Source: a virus. Taken from it: a stretch of 64,000 nucleotides of DNA. The stretch lies in IMG/VR virus record IMGVR_UViG_3300034107_000273, positions 1 to 64,000 of that record; one strand, given 5' to 3'. The notes beneath the pieces are model-generated. The model worked only from the letters and a program-made list of their open reading frames with translations, made no database searches and had not been told where the DNA came from. Position 1 is the stretch's first letter. Every line of letters starts with the position of its first letter. The position numbers were made by a program, and so were the translations under genes. Shown piece by piece: positions 1-10,084 of the stretch.

Positions 1-2
1 CA

Positions 3-200
3 AGCTCATCAGTTGATTTTCCAGTAGGATCACAAATTACAGTTCTACAAACTGGAGCAGGTCAAACAACAATTACTGCTGGATTAGGCGTTACTATAAA
101 TGGAACACCTGGATTAAAGTTACGTGCCCAGTGGTCATCAGTAACATTAATTAAGCGTCTTACAGATACATGGGTTGTAGTCGGAGACTTAACAGCATAG
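3..200 (+). CDS. 3' end of a virion/fibre-type protein (partial)
   Basis: Open frame from the window edge, ...FPVGSQITVLQTGAGQTTI...GLKLRAQWSSVTLIKRLTDTWVVVGDLTA, stop TAG 198-200; resembles a C-terminal domain common in actinophage virion proteins. Confidence 0.65.
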   Translation, partial: SSSVDFPVGSQITVLQTGAGQTTITAGLGVTINGTPGLKLRAQWSSVTLIKRLTDTWVVVGDLTA

Positions 201-242
201 TACTTATAAAATAATAGAGTGCTAACTCTATACTAAAGATTT

Positions 243-270
243 ACACGCTCTTTATGAGCGTGTTTTTCTT
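243..270 (+). terminator. Intrinsic terminator
   Basis: ACACGCTC-TTTAT-GAGCGTGT followed by a T tract. Confidence 0.75.
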
Positions 271-279
271 TTTAAAGTA

Positions 280-288
280 TGTTATACT
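280..288 (+). promoter_or_regulatory. Extended -10 promoter for nrdJ
   Basis: TGTTATACT just after the terminator. Confidence 0.6.
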
Positions 289-348
289 TAGGTACTACTT
301 CAGAAAACATGAAGTACTCATCTAATTTTACTTTGAAAGGTATATAAA

Positions 349-2382
349 ATGTCAGAAAGCGTATTTTCTTTTCGTCTATCAGAAGAATTTGTAAATAAAT
401 ATCAATTAACTCCAGCACCATTTGGATTCTCAGATGCAGGATCTAACTCGTTAGGAGAAATAACATTTATTCGTACATATTCTCGTGTTAAGGAAGATGG
501 GACTAAAGAACGCTGGCATGAAGTTTGCCGTCGTGTAATTGAGGGTATGTATTCAGTTCAAAAGAATCATGCTAAAGATAACCGTCTACCATGGAATGAT
601 AATAAAGCACAGAAGTCTGCACAAGAAGCTTTTCAAAGAATGTTTGAATTAAAGTGGACTCCACCAGGTCGTGGTCTTTGGGCATTTGGTACTCCTATGA
701 CTATGGAGAAACGTAACTCTGCCTCCCTTCAAAATTGTGCAATGGTTTCAACTAGAGACCTTGATCGCAATGATCCTGGTGCATTATTTGCTTGGGTAAT
801 GGATGCTTTAATGTTAGGCATTGGAGTTGGATTTGATACTCTTGGACAAGACAAGAAGATGGCAATTTATGCTCCAACTGAACCAGCATCAACTTATGAT
901 ATTCCTGATACCCGTGAAGGATGGGTAGAATCAGTTCGTCTTTTAATTAACTCATTCCTTCGTCAAAATCAACCAATTCAATTATTTAACTATGACCTTA
1001 TACGTCCTCTAGGAGCACCTATTAAGGGCTTTGGAGGGGTAGCCAGCGGTCCAGCACCACTTATTGATCTCCATACACGTATTCGTAATGTAATTGGTTC
1101 TAGAGCTGGAGAATTTCTAGATAGTCGTGCAATTGTTGATACCGTAAACTTAATTGGTACATGTGTTGTTTCTGGAAATGTTCGTCGTTCTGCAACTCTT
1201 GCTCTTGGAACTCCAGAAGATGATGGATTTATTAATCTTAAGAATCCAGAAGTATTTCCAGAAAGAAACTCATATGATCCAGAAAAGCCAGGCTGGGCAT
1301 GGATGTCAAATAATTCCATTGCTGCTGAAATTGGAACAAAATATGAAGACTATGTAGATTTAATTGCAGATAATGGAGAGCCAGGATTTATTTGGCTTGG
1401 AGTTGCAAGAGATTATGGTCGCCTTGCAGATGCACCAGACTATAAGGATTCCCGTATTATGGGATTCAATCCTTGTGCGGAGCAGCCATTAGAGTCATAC
1501 GAATTATGTACACTTGTAGAAGTGCATTTAAATCGTCATGAATCTAAGGAGGACTTCCTCAAGACATTGAAGTTTGCATATCTTTATGGAAAGACTGTAA
1601 CTCTTATGCCAACACATTGGCCAATAACAAACGGTATTATGCAACGTAATCGTCGTATTGGTACATCTTTAACAGGTATTGCTGCATTTGCTGACCAATA
1701 TGGTTTGCCAACAACACGTGAATGGATGGATGATGGTTATAACACAATTCGTAAATATGATCATCAGTATTCAGAATGGCTATGTGTTCGTGAGTCAGTT
1801 CGTGTAACTACCGTCAAGCCATCAGGTTCAGTATCACTACTTTCTGGTGCAACTCCTGGAGTTCACTGGGGTCCTGGAGGAGAATTTTATTTGCGTGCTA
1901 TTCGTTTTGGTGATCAAGACCCAATGCTTCATCTTTTCAAAGCTGCGGGGTATAAGATTGAAAAAGACCTTGTATCAGCAAATACATCAGTAGTATATTT
2001 CCCTGTAGCATCTGGACATAAGCGTGCTGAAAAGCAGGTTAGCCTATTTGAAAAGATTGGTTTGGCAGCAACTGCTCAGAAGTACTGGTCAGACAATGGT
2101 GTTTCTGTAACATTATCTTTTGATAAGGAAACAGAAAAGCAGTTTGTTGCTCCAGCACTTAATATGTATGAAGGTCAACTGAAGGCGGTTTCATTCCTTC
2201 CAATGGGAAATAAAACTTATCCACAGCAACCATATACAGAAATCTCACGAGAAGAATACAACTCATACGTAGGAACAATTGGAAAGATTGATTGGTCTGC
2301 TATTTATGATGGTGTAGAGAATCTTGAGGCTGAAGGCGAGAGCTACTGTTCCACAGACGCATGTGAGATCAAGTTATACTAA
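349..2382 (+). CDS. nrdJ: Class II (adenosylcobalamin-dependent) ribonucleotide reductase, monomeric RTPR type
   Basis: RTYSR, PPGRGLW, GNVRRSA, NPCAEQ, TTVKPSG, C-terminal CSTDAC. Confidence 0.95.
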   Translation: MSESVFSFRLSEEFVNKYQLTPAPFGFSDAGSNSLGEITFIRTYSRVKEDGTKERWHEVCRRVIEGMYSVQKNHAKDNRLPWNDNKAQKSAQEAFQRMFELKWTPPGRGLWAFGTPMTMEKRNSASLQNCAMVSTRDLDRNDPGALFAWVMDALMLGIGVGFDTLGQDKKMAIYAPTEPASTYDIPDTREGWVESVRLLINSFLRQNQPIQLFNYDLIRPLGAPIKGFGGVASGPAPLIDLHTRIRNVIGSRAGEFLDSRAIVDTVNLIGTCVVSGNVRRSATLALGTPEDDGFINLKNPEVFPERNSYDPEKPGWAWMSNNSIAAEIGTKYEDYVDLIADNGEPGFIWLGVARDYGRLADAPDYKDSRIMGFNPCAEQPLESYELCTLVEVHLNRHESKEDFLKTLKFAYLYGKTVTLMPTHWPITNGIMQRNRRIGTSLTGIAAFADQYGLPTTREWMDDGYNTIRKYDHQYSEWLCVRESVRVTTVKPSGSVSLLSGATPGVHWGPGGEFYLRAIRFGDQDPMLHLFKAAGYKIEKDLVSANTSVVYFPVASGHKRAEKQVSLFEKIGLAATAQKYWSDNGVSVTLSFDKETEKQFVAPALNMYEGQLKAVSFLPMGNKTYPQQPYTEISREEYNSYVGTIGKIDWSAIYDGVENLEAEGESYCSTDACEIKLY

Positions 2383-2413
2383 TGGTTACAACTGGTTCAC
2401 TTTAACATGATTA

Positions 2414-2422
2414 TGGTATACT
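2414..2422 (+). promoter_or_regulatory. Extended -10 promoter, leaderless transcript
   Basis: TGGTATACT with ATG 2430 seven nt downstream and no SD. Confidence 0.65.
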
Positions 2423-2429
2423 TATGGTT

Positions 2430-2840
2430 ATGAGTAATACAACTAATCCATTAATTAATCAAAAGACTGGTTTACCAATTGTTGGAAATGTACGCAAAAA
2501 GGTCATTGAAAAGAACTATGACTGGGGCTTGTATGTTTACAAAAAAGCAAATGGTCGCTGGTTTACTGACGGTAATGGTAATGTTTTAAATATTGAGTCT
2601 ATGCGTAATGATATCTCTAAGATGACTGAGCTAAAGAATGCAGCAAAGCACTATGGCGATGCAGGAGATGGAGAAGTAATATTTGTTCCTGGGCTAACAC
2701 GTATTTCAGAAGAAGAACATTCAGAACAACTTGATCGTATGGTCAGTGGTTTGATACCTTCTAAAAATGACTTAGGTGCTTGGAAAGCTGCAAAAGATAC
2801 ACTTGAGACACATGGAAGAGAAGCGTACGAAAATGGCTAA
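2430..2840 (+). CDS. Hypothetical protein preceding portal
   Basis: ORF overlaps the portal start; start moved to 2430 from promoter spacing. Confidence 0.75.
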   Translation: MSNTTNPLINQKTGLPIVGNVRKKVIEKNYDWGLYVYKKANGRWFTDGNGNVLNIESMRNDISKMTELKNAAKHYGDAGDGEVIFVPGLTRISEEEHSEQLDRMVSGLIPSKNDLGAWKAAKDTLETHGREAYENG

Positions 2841-4437
2841 TGAAGAATATCAGTATATTTCTGCAAGTTTAAATACACAAGAAGAAACGGTAAACTCTTT
2901 TAAAGAGCAAGACCCGTTTAATAAATCTTGGGACATGCTTAAAGACTTTTCTGGATTAGAACAAAACTTTCGTCGTAGAACAGCAAGAAACCTTAACAAG
3001 TTTGCAGATGTAAACAATGCAGCATATCTAGATTCTGCAAATGTTACACCATCAGGTGTGGATGCTTCATCAAAGCAGATCAATCCTGGAACGGTATACA
3101 GAAATGGTTATGGACTATTTGATGTAATTACTCCTCCATATAATCTATATGAACTTGCAAATTTTTATGATACATCTTTTGCTAACCACGCTGCTATTGA
3201 TGCAAAGGTTGCAAATATTGTTGGTCTTGGATATTCATTTGAAGCAACAGACCGCACCATGCTTTCTTTTGAGGGTAAGGAACAAAGCGCTATAGATAAA
3301 GCACGGAAGCGTATGGAAAGAATGAAGCTTGAAATGCGTGACTGGCTAGAAAACCTTAATGATGATGATTCATTTACAAAGACAATGGAAAAGGTTTACA
3401 CAGACGTTGAGTCTACTGGAAATGGATACCTTGAAATAGGTCGTACAGTAAATGGAGACATTGGATATGTTGGTCATATACCATCAACTACAATTCGTGT
3501 TCGCCGTTTGCGTGATGGATATATGCAGATCATTTCACAAAAGATTGTTTACTTTAGAAACTTTGGTGCAACCAATCCTAATCCAGTCACAGAAGATCCA
3601 CGTCCAAATGAGATTATTCATATCAAGGAGTATTCTCCACTAAACACTTTCTATGGAATTCCTGATATTATTGCAGCACTTCCTTCACTTATTGGTGATC
3701 AACTTGCATCACAATATAACATTGACTACTTTGAGAATAAGGCTGTTCCAAGATATGTCGTAACCTTAAAGGGCGCAAAGCTTTCTGGAGAAGCAGAGGA
3801 CAAGATGTTCCGCTTCTTGCAGACAGGCCTTAAGGCACAGTCTCATAGAACCCTTTATATTCCTCTTCCTGGAGATACTGACCAGAACAAGGTTGAGTTC
3901 AAAATGGAGCCAATTGAAAACGGAATACAAGATGGCTCATTCAAGGAATACCGCAAGCAAAATCGTGATGATATTCTTGTTGCTCATCAGGTGCCAATTT
4001 CAAAACTTGGCGGTACTGATTCAGCAGCAATCGCAGCATCAATTGCACAAGATAGAACATTTAAGGAACAGGTTTCACGTCCTGCACAAGGGCACTTAAA
4101 TAAAGTTATCAACAAGATCATTAAAGAAAAAACAGACATACTTGAGTTAAAGTTTAACGAACTTACACTTACAGATGAAATTACTCAATCACAAATTCTT
4201 GAGCGATATGTAAAGACTCAAGTTATGATGCCTAATGAGGCTCGTGAAGCAATTGGTCTTCCACAGCATCCAGGCGGAGATACTCCATTTGAAATGTCTC
4301 CAAGACAAGCAACAGATTCTAGAGCGAATGCATCTGGCAACAGAGCAAGAGATACTGAACGAAACAATAGCCAATCTGATGGACCTGCAACCACAACTGG
4401 ACGTAATCCACAGGGTGAAGGTAGAGCGTCTCAATAG
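2833..4437 (+). CDS. Portal protein
   Basis: GNGYLEIGR, HIPSTTIRVRR, NEIIHIKEYSPLNTFYGIPD, FENKAVP, MPNEAREAIGLP; located before the protease. Confidence 0.92.
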   Translation: MANEEYQYISASLNTQEETVNSFKEQDPFNKSWDMLKDFSGLEQNFRRRTARNLNKFADVNNAAYLDSANVTPSGVDASSKQINPGTVYRNGYGLFDVITPPYNLYELANFYDTSFANHAAIDAKVANIVGLGYSFEATDRTMLSFEGKEQSAIDKARKRMERMKLEMRDWLENLNDDDSFTKTMEKVYTDVESTGNGYLEIGRTVNGDIGYVGHIPSTTIRVRRLRDGYMQIISQKIVYFRNFGATNPNPVTEDPRPNEIIHIKEYSPLNTFYGIPDIIAALPSLIGDQLASQYNIDYFENKAVPRYVVTLKGAKLSGEAEDKMFRFLQTGLKAQSHRTLYIPLPGDTDQNKVEFKMEPIENGIQDGSFKEYRKQNRDDILVAHQVPISKLGGTDSAAIAASIAQDRTFKEQVSRPAQGHLNKVINKIIKEKTDILELKFNELTLTDEITQSQILERYVKTQVMMPNEAREAIGLPQHPGGDTPFEMSPRQATDSRANASGNRARDTERNNSQSDGPATTTGRNPQGEGRASQ

Positions 4438-4459
4438 TTGAGAAATAGTTTAAAAGGTT

Positions 4460-4468
4460 TGGTATAAT
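4460..4468 (+). promoter_or_regulatory. Extended -10 promoter
   Basis: TGGTATAAT nine nt before ATG 4478; no SD. Confidence 0.65.
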
Positions 4469-4477
4469 AGAATCGTC

Positions 4478-5770
4478 ATGAATATAAATAAAGCACATTG
4501 GTCAACAGACGGCGATAATGTACGTCTGTCAATGCCACTTACAAAGGTAGATAAAGAGAAGCGTATTGTCTCTGGCTTTGCTTCTTTGGACAACCTTGAT
4601 AAGCAAGATGACATTGTAACTACTGAAGCTTCTATGGAGGCTTTTGCTAAGTTCCGTGGCAACATCAGAGAAATGCACCAGCCATCAGCAGTAGGCAAGA
4701 TGGTTTCATTTAAAGAAGAAAAATATTTTGATCCAGAATCAAAGAAATTTTATAAGGGTGTTTTTGTATCAGCGTATATCTCAAAGGGCGCACAAGATGC
4801 ATGGGAGAAGGTTCTTGATGGAACCTACACTGGTTTTTCTATTGGGGGACGAATGAATAAGTGGGACGATGCATATGATGAAAAATCAGATAAAACAATT
4901 AGAGTTATTAAAGAATATGATTTGATTGAGTTGAGTCTTGTAGATTCCCCAGCAAATCAATTTGCAAATATTGTATCCGTTGAAAAGGTTAACGGAGTAG
5001 ACACACTAACAGGATCATCAGCTAACTTAGTTGTTGAAAATGTATTTTATGACTCAGAGTCTGGCTTAGTAACTTTGTCAGCAAATGAATCAGAGATAAG
5101 TCCAGTCACTGGCGAAGAAATGAAAAACATTGGTTTTGTTGAAAAAAATGATTCAGAAAAAACAGAAATGATAAAGTTCTTAGTTGATAGTGCAAAAGGC
5201 ATTAGAACAATTAAGATAGCAAAGGAGGATAATCCTATGACAGAAAATACAGAAGTAGTTGCAGAAGCAACTCCAGAAGTTAATGAAGTTGAGGTTGCTC
5301 CAGAGGCTCCTGCAGAGGCGATTGCAAAGTCACTAGAAGTTACAGAAGAAGTTGTAACAGAAAAGTCAGATGCAGTTGTTGAAGAGGGTAGTGCTCCTTC
5401 TATTGAAGAAGTAACAGAGAAGGCTGACGAAGCAATAGTTGAGGTTGCAACAGCAACAGCAGAAGTTGCTAAGGCAGTTTCTGAAATTCAGAACTCTGTA
5501 ACTAATGCCTTGAGCGATCTTGCAGCAACAGTAAAGGCTATGCAAGCTAATGTTGATGCAATCACAAAATCTCTTGAATCCGTAACAGAGGAAGTTAAGG
5601 AAGTTAAGGGAAGCTTTAATGAATTTGGAAAGACCGTAGATGCCGTAGTTGCAGATACCGCTTTCCGCAAGTCTGGCGATCTCGGCGAGATTGTACAGGA
5701 ATCACCTAAAGTGATTCAGAAATCCCTATGGGGCGGACGTTTCCTCACAAATTCCGACCTATTTAACTAA
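4478..5770 (+). CDS. HK97-type prohead protease fused to an acidic scaffolding domain
   Basis: REMH, GFSIGG, ELSLVDSPAN catalytic motifs; E/A/V-rich helical C-terminal half. Confidence 0.9.
   Translation: MNINKAHWSTDGDNVRLSMPLTKVDKEKRIVSGFASLDNLDKQDDIVTTEASMEAFAKFRGNIREMHQPSAVGKMVSFKEEKYFDPESKKFYKGVFVSAYISKGAQDAWEKVLDGTYTGFSIGGRMNKWDDAYDEKSDKTIRVIKEYDLIELSLVDSPANQFANIVSVEKVNGVDTLTGSSANLVVENVFYDSESGLVTLSANESEISPVTGEEMKNIGFVEKNDSEKTEMIKFLVDSAKGIRTIKIAKEDNPMTENTEVVAEATPEVNEVEVAPEAPAEAIAKSLEVTEEVVTEKSDAVVEEGSAPSIEEVTEKADEAIVEVATATAEVAKAVSEIQNSVTNALSDLAATVKAMQANVDAITKSLESVTEEVKEVKGSFNEFGKTVDAVVADTAFRKSGDLGEIVQESPKVIQKSLWGGRFLTNSDLFN
5237..5770 (+). CDS. Nested in-frame scaffolding protein (internal start)
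   Basis: AAGGAGG at 5222-5228 followed by in-frame ATG 5237 (MTENTEVV) at the domain boundary. Confidence 0.65.
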   Translation: MTENTEVVAEATPEVNEVEVAPEAPAEAIAKSLEVTEEVVTEKSDAVVEEGSAPSIEEVTEKADEAIVEVATATAEVAKAVSEIQNSVTNALSDLAATVKAMQANVDAITKSLESVTEEVKEVKGSFNEFGKTVDAVVADTAFRKSGDLGEIVQESPKVIQKSLWGGRFLTNSDLFN

Positions 5771-5796
5771 AACAAAATCACTAGGAGGTGAACAAT

Positions 5797-6924
5797 ATGT
5801 CAGAAACAACAAACACAGAGCTCCAAAAGTCTTTTAATCATCCCACAGGTGATGGCGTTGCCGTATCAGGTGGAATTGGTGGTGCAGTAGCACGAGGACC
5901 TCTTGGAAATCTAACTCCAGCAGAGTCACTTGGTAACATTGCCACAGCGAACTTTGGAGTAACAACAGGCGCAAACGCAGTAAACCCATCAGGTACACCT
6001 GGTGGTATCCTTGCACCAGAACAGGCTCGTCGCTTCATTGATTATGTATGGGATGCAACTGTACTAGCCAAGGATGGTCGTAGAGTTACAATGCGTGCTA
6101 ACACAATGGAACTTGAGAAGGTCAACGTTGGAGAGCGTGTCATTCGTGCAGCAGCACAGGCACAACCTACATTCACAAATGCAGGTGCAACATTCTCTAA
6201 GGTAGAACTTACAACCAAGAAGATTCGTCTTGACTGGGAAGTTTCAACAGAAGCACTTGAAGACAATATTGAAGGCGCAGCACTTGAAGATCATCTAGTT
6301 CGCTTGATGACAAATGCATTCGCAAACGATATTGAAGACCTTGCCATTAATGGTGATGGTTCAACAGGCGACTTCCTTTCAATCATGGACGGTTTCGTAA
6401 ATCGTGTCAAGACTGATGGAGATGCTCACGAGTCAATCGTTACTGTATCAAATAACGCATGGACACCAGAAGTTATGCAGGATATTATCCTAGCAATGCC
6501 ACGCAAGTACCGTGCTATCAAGAACAACCTAAAGTTCTATGCTGGTACAGATGCATTCCAGGGAATCGTTAAGAATAACGGTACACTTGCTGATGCAGTT
6601 GCAGAAGCATTTGCAGGACAGATCGCAGGATCAACACAAGCTAATCGTCAGGCTTACCTAGATGGTGGAGCACAGACATTTGGTGGAGCACGTACAACAC
6701 GTGTTCTTGGTGTTGACGTACAGGAAGTTCCATACTACCCAGCAGGCTATGTAGATCTTACATTCCCTTCAAACCGTGTATGGGGATTCCAGCGTGATAT
6801 CACTGTAAACCGTACTTACCAGCCAAAGAAAGATACAATTGAATACACAGTATTCGTTCGTTTCGGTCTTCAATGGGAAGAGCTTGATGCAGTTGCTTAT
6901 GCAGATGCAGCATCAGAATCATAA
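5797..6924 (+). CDS. Major capsid protein (HK97 fold)
   Basis: SD AGGAGG; GGILAPEQARRFID, EALEDNIEG, FANDIEDLAINGD; follows the protease. Confidence 0.92.
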   Translation: MSETTNTELQKSFNHPTGDGVAVSGGIGGAVARGPLGNLTPAESLGNIATANFGVTTGANAVNPSGTPGGILAPEQARRFIDYVWDATVLAKDGRRVTMRANTMELEKVNVGERVIRAAAQAQPTFTNAGATFSKVELTTKKIRLDWEVSTEALEDNIEGAALEDHLVRLMTNAFANDIEDLAINGDGSTGDFLSIMDGFVNRVKTDGDAHESIVTVSNNAWTPEVMQDIILAMPRKYRAIKNNLKFYAGTDAFQGIVKNNGTLADAVAEAFAGQIAGSTQANRQAYLDGGAQTFGGARTTRVLGVDVQEVPYYPAGYVDLTFPSNRVWGFQRDITVNRTYQPKKDTIEYTVFVRFGLQWEELDAVAYADAASES

Positions 6925-6937
6925 TATTTGATTCCAA

Positions 6938-6972
6938 GACAAGGAGGGTAGAGAAATCTGCCCTCCTTTGTC
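6938..6972 (+). terminator. Hairpin terminator after MCP
   Basis: GACAAGGAGGGTAGA-GAAA-TCTGCCCTCCTTTGTC. Confidence 0.7.
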
Positions 6973-6978
6973 ATATTC

Positions 6979-6987
6979 TGATATAAT
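6979..6987 (+). promoter_or_regulatory. Extended -10 promoter
   Basis: TGATATAAT, then SD GGAGG and ATG 7004. Confidence 0.6.
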
Positions 6988-7003
6988 AGCAGTGGAGGAT
7001 ACA

Positions 7004-7342
7004 ATGTCATTAATTGAAGATTTAAAAAGTAAAACCGTGTTTGAGTTAAAGTCATATGCGAAGAAAAATAACATTGACCTATTTGGGGTAAGTACAAAAA
7101 ATGATATTTTAGAAGTAATCTTTAGCTTTGTTCCTAAAGAGTCATCAAAGATAGTAGTTAGCAAGCCAGAGTCAACAGAAAAGGTAGCAATCTATTCAGT
7201 TCGTAACCTTAGCTGGAATGGTGTTGGTGAACTAACCAGGGGGTACAACATAGTCACTAAGGAGGATGCTGATAAATGGATAACAAACAAGTCTGTACGC
7301 ACAGCTTCTCCAGAAGAAGTGAAGAGAGCATACGGTAAGTAA
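7004..7342 (+). CDS. Small head-region protein
   Basis: SD-supported start; N-terminal helical motif LKSKTVFELKSYAKKNNIDL. Confidence 0.7.
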   Translation: MSLIEDLKSKTVFELKSYAKKNNIDLFGVSTKNDILEVIFSFVPKESSKIVVSKPESTEKVAIYSVRNLSWNGVGELTRGYNIVTKEDADKWITNKSVRTASPEEVKRAYGK

Positions 7343-7345
7343 ACC

Positions 7346-8308
7346 ATGGAAGCCTTAAGAGTCCCACCATATCCTATTCTTGTTACCTATACCGTTGCAG
7401 AGCCAAACACGGATCATATAGTAGAAATCAAAGATAAAGACAGAAATGATATACTTGCAGAGTACGAAGTAGAGTCCTCTGCAGACTCAAAAATTTCTAT
7501 AGAGATTGCTGGAGATTTAACTAAGTATGATGACAGTTATTATTTAGTTGTTTATCAGGAAACAGTAGACCAAGACTCAATAGTTGTTGAAGATAATTTA
7601 GAAATAAGAAGACCATATGTAAACCCTGCTATGCTAGGAACAACAGCCTCTGAGGTTGCAGAATATGCTAAATATGAAAGAATTGCAAGAGCAATAATTG
7701 ATTCAGTTACAGGTGGATTTTATTATAAGGTTGAGTGGCTTGATCAGACTGGGCAAGGAACAGACTACCTTCCTATCTGGGAAAGAGTTTATAAGATTTT
7801 AAAGGCATATGAAAACTCATTATTAGTTTATGATGCAAGCTTAGCATCTCCTGTTCTTGGTGAATGGGTGTACGAATTAACAAAAGATAAAACTGCTATC
7901 ATGAAAAATACAGAAACTCCAGGAATGATTGGAAATAGATCTGAGCAAAAAAGCTTAACTATTAATACTGCCTCATCAGATTCATTTAATGTTTATGATA
8001 CAGACTATAGCGAAAATGCATATACATTCTCAACTGGAGCAGCTTTCCCAGAAGGATGGGACTATCTATTCTTGCTTGAATCAGGATATAAGGTTATTCC
8101 TCATGACATATATGAAGCAGCATTAATGCTTATTGACGACATTAAGTGTGGCAAAATAGATTATTACAAGAGATATGTAACATCATATAACACTGAACAG
8201 TTCAGAATTCAGTTTGATAAGACAGTTTTAGACGGTACTGGAAATATGCTTGTTGACAAGATTCTTGATAAATATAAGAAGAGTATAACAAGAATTGGTA
8301 TTCTTTAA
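7346..8308 (+). CDS. Head-to-tail adaptor
   Basis: Position; ARAIIDSVTG, GYKVIPHDIYEAA, TGNMLVDKILDKY. Confidence 0.7.
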   Translation: MEALRVPPYPILVTYTVAEPNTDHIVEIKDKDRNDILAEYEVESSADSKISIEIAGDLTKYDDSYYLVVYQETVDQDSIVVEDNLEIRRPYVNPAMLGTTASEVAEYAKYERIARAIIDSVTGGFYYKVEWLDQTGQGTDYLPIWERVYKILKAYENSLLVYDASLASPVLGEWVYELTKDKTAIMKNTETPGMIGNRSEQKSLTINTASSDSFNVYDTDYSENAYTFSTGAAFPEGWDYLFLLESGYKVIPHDIYEAALMLIDDIKCGKIDYYKRYVTSYNTEQFRIQFDKTVLDGTGNMLVDKILDKYKKSITRIGIL

Positions 8309-8754
8309 TGCAATGCGAGATAACAGACTTTGTGTACCCAATGCTTGCAGATGTCTACTATCCAATAGTGGATCAGGGAGCGTATGGAAATGTAAAAAAG
8401 CAGTGGATTATTGATAGATCTATTGCTTGTAACTTTGCTCCAACTGGACAGTCTACAACTGAAGAAGTAAAGCCAAATGTAAATATTACAAAAGAAAATA
8501 TATTATTAGGAAGAACTAAGACAGACCTTAGAGTATCTTTATCAAACAATAGAAATTCAGTAACTAACGTAGTTGTAACAAATATAAGAACACCACAACA
8601 AGAAGACGTATATCTAGAAACCTCTGGCCCAAGAAATGGAAGATCAACTATATATGAAATAGCATCAACTGAAGCTATAGTTGGACCATTTGGTAGTGTA
8701 GAGTATTACAAGGTAGTCTTGAGACGTTCAGAGAACCAGGCAAGTGATCTATAA
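8308..8754 (+). CDS. Head-to-tail stopper (putative)
   Basis: Position, size and TAATG coupling. Confidence 0.6.
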   Translation: MQCEITDFVYPMLADVYYPIVDQGAYGNVKKQWIIDRSIACNFAPTGQSTTEEVKPNVNITKENILLGRTKTDLRVSLSNNRNSVTNVVVTNIRTPQQEDVYLETSGPRNGRSTIYEIASTEAIVGPFGSVEYYKVVLRRSENQASDL

Positions 8755-9425
8755 TGAAAGTTATAATGAACAATGCTGCCTTTAAAAAGGATATGAAAAA
8801 TATAATGAACTATTCAATTGGGTTTTTAGATGGTATACAAATAGGAAAAACAAAATTTTTAAACAATGTTGGATTAATGACAAAAGAAATATTAGAGCAA
8901 TATATTGACTCAAATGCCAGGGTAAATCCAAAAGCACTACACCATATGTATGAATGGTATAAAGTGGGAAGTCCTGATGCACGTCTATATAATATAAACT
9001 ATACTATAAGCAACCTTGGCCTTTCGTTTGTGTCAACAATGAAGCAATCAACATCAATTAAAGATGGCTCATCAGTACCTTTTTATAATAAGGCTAAAAT
9101 AATGGAAGAAGGCACTCCAGTAACCATAAGACCAACAAAGGCAAACGCATTGGTTTTTGAAGATGGTGGAGAAACAGTCTTTACTAAAGGCGAGGTTGTA
9201 GTACAGTCACCTGGTGGAACAGCAACAAAAGGTTCTTTTGAAACCGTAGTAGATACATTTTTTAATAGATATTTTACTCAAGCATTTTTAAAATCAAGCG
9301 GAATGTATCAACACCTAAGCAACGCTGATGTATATAAAAAGAATATGTTAGCAGGAAAAGCTTCTGGAAAGATAAAAGGCCAGCAAGTAGGATATAAATG
9401 GATAGTGAATGCGGGGATTAGATAA
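8754..9425 (+). CDS. Neck/tail completion protein (putative)
   Basis: Position in a coupled neck operon. Confidence 0.55.
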   Translation: MKVIMNNAAFKKDMKNIMNYSIGFLDGIQIGKTKFLNNVGLMTKEILEQYIDSNARVNPKALHHMYEWYKVGSPDARLYNINYTISNLGLSFVSTMKQSTSIKDGSSVPFYNKAKIMEEGTPVTIRPTKANALVFEDGGETVFTKGEVVVQSPGGTATKGSFETVVDTFFNRYFTQAFLKSSGMYQHLSNADVYKKNMLAGKASGKIKGQQVGYKWIVNAGIR

Positions 9426-10009
9426 TGGCAAATGATTCAACCTTAAATACTCCAGTTCTTTGGATCAACAAATATTTAGAAGAAAAAATATTAGGCATGA
9501 CGGGTATTGATAAGATTCCATTTTTCCCATCAACACCATCTACTATAGATAATCTGACAGAAATGTTTCCTACAGGTGGAGTTATGGCAACTTGGGACCG
9601 ACTAATAAAAATGAATCGCAAAGGATTCCCACACATTAAGTGTGAGCAGTTGTTGTACTATTTTTATGCAACAGCAGAAAATACAATAGAAAACATGGTA
9701 CAGGTTCAAGAGTCTGTTTTAAGACTAATGGATCGCTTTGATGAAACAGCAGAAGAAATAAACAACTGGTGCTCTAACAGACAGATAAATCTAGGAACAG
9801 ATCAAAACCCAGACTTAATAGATAACATGTTCTACTTCCACAATTTTAAGGTATACCAACTTGAGGAGACCAGAGACATAATTGATTTTGGCACAGCCAG
9901 GACCTATGGCGGTAACAAGATAATTATTGACTTTGACTATCACCCTATGAAAGAGTTAACGTCCAGAGACTGGAAGCCTGAGAAGCTAGCCACAAAAATT
10001 ATCCTATAA
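9425..10009 (+). CDS. Tail terminator (putative)
   Basis: Immediately upstream of the major tail gene. Confidence 0.55.
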   Translation: MANDSTLNTPVLWINKYLEEKILGMTGIDKIPFFPSTPSTIDNLTEMFPTGGVMATWDRLIKMNRKGFPHIKCEQLLYYFYATAENTIENMVQVQESVLRLMDRFDETAEEINNWCSNRQINLGTDQNPDLIDNMFYFHNFKVYQLEETRDIIDFGTARTYGGNKIIIDFDYHPMKELTSRDWKPEKLATKIIL

Positions 10010-10014
10010 AACGC

Positions 10015-10023
10015 TGTTATAAT
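10015..10023 (+). promoter_or_regulatory. Extended -10 promoter for major tail gene
   Basis: TGTTATAAT. Confidence 0.6.
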
Positions 10024-10084
10024 TATCTTGAGGAAACACAACGCCGTACAACTAAATATCCACTTAACAGAAAGAGGTACAGAA

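Noticed and set aside
197-225. GAGTGCTAA resembling a CIRCE half-site
   Set aside because: The left half is degenerate (6/9) and spaced 11 rather than 9 nt, and the downstream gene is not a chaperone
290-348. Cobalamin riboswitch or NrdR box before nrdJ
   Set aside because: The UTR is only ~55 nt with a small hairpin; no B12 box or NrdR palindrome is recognisable
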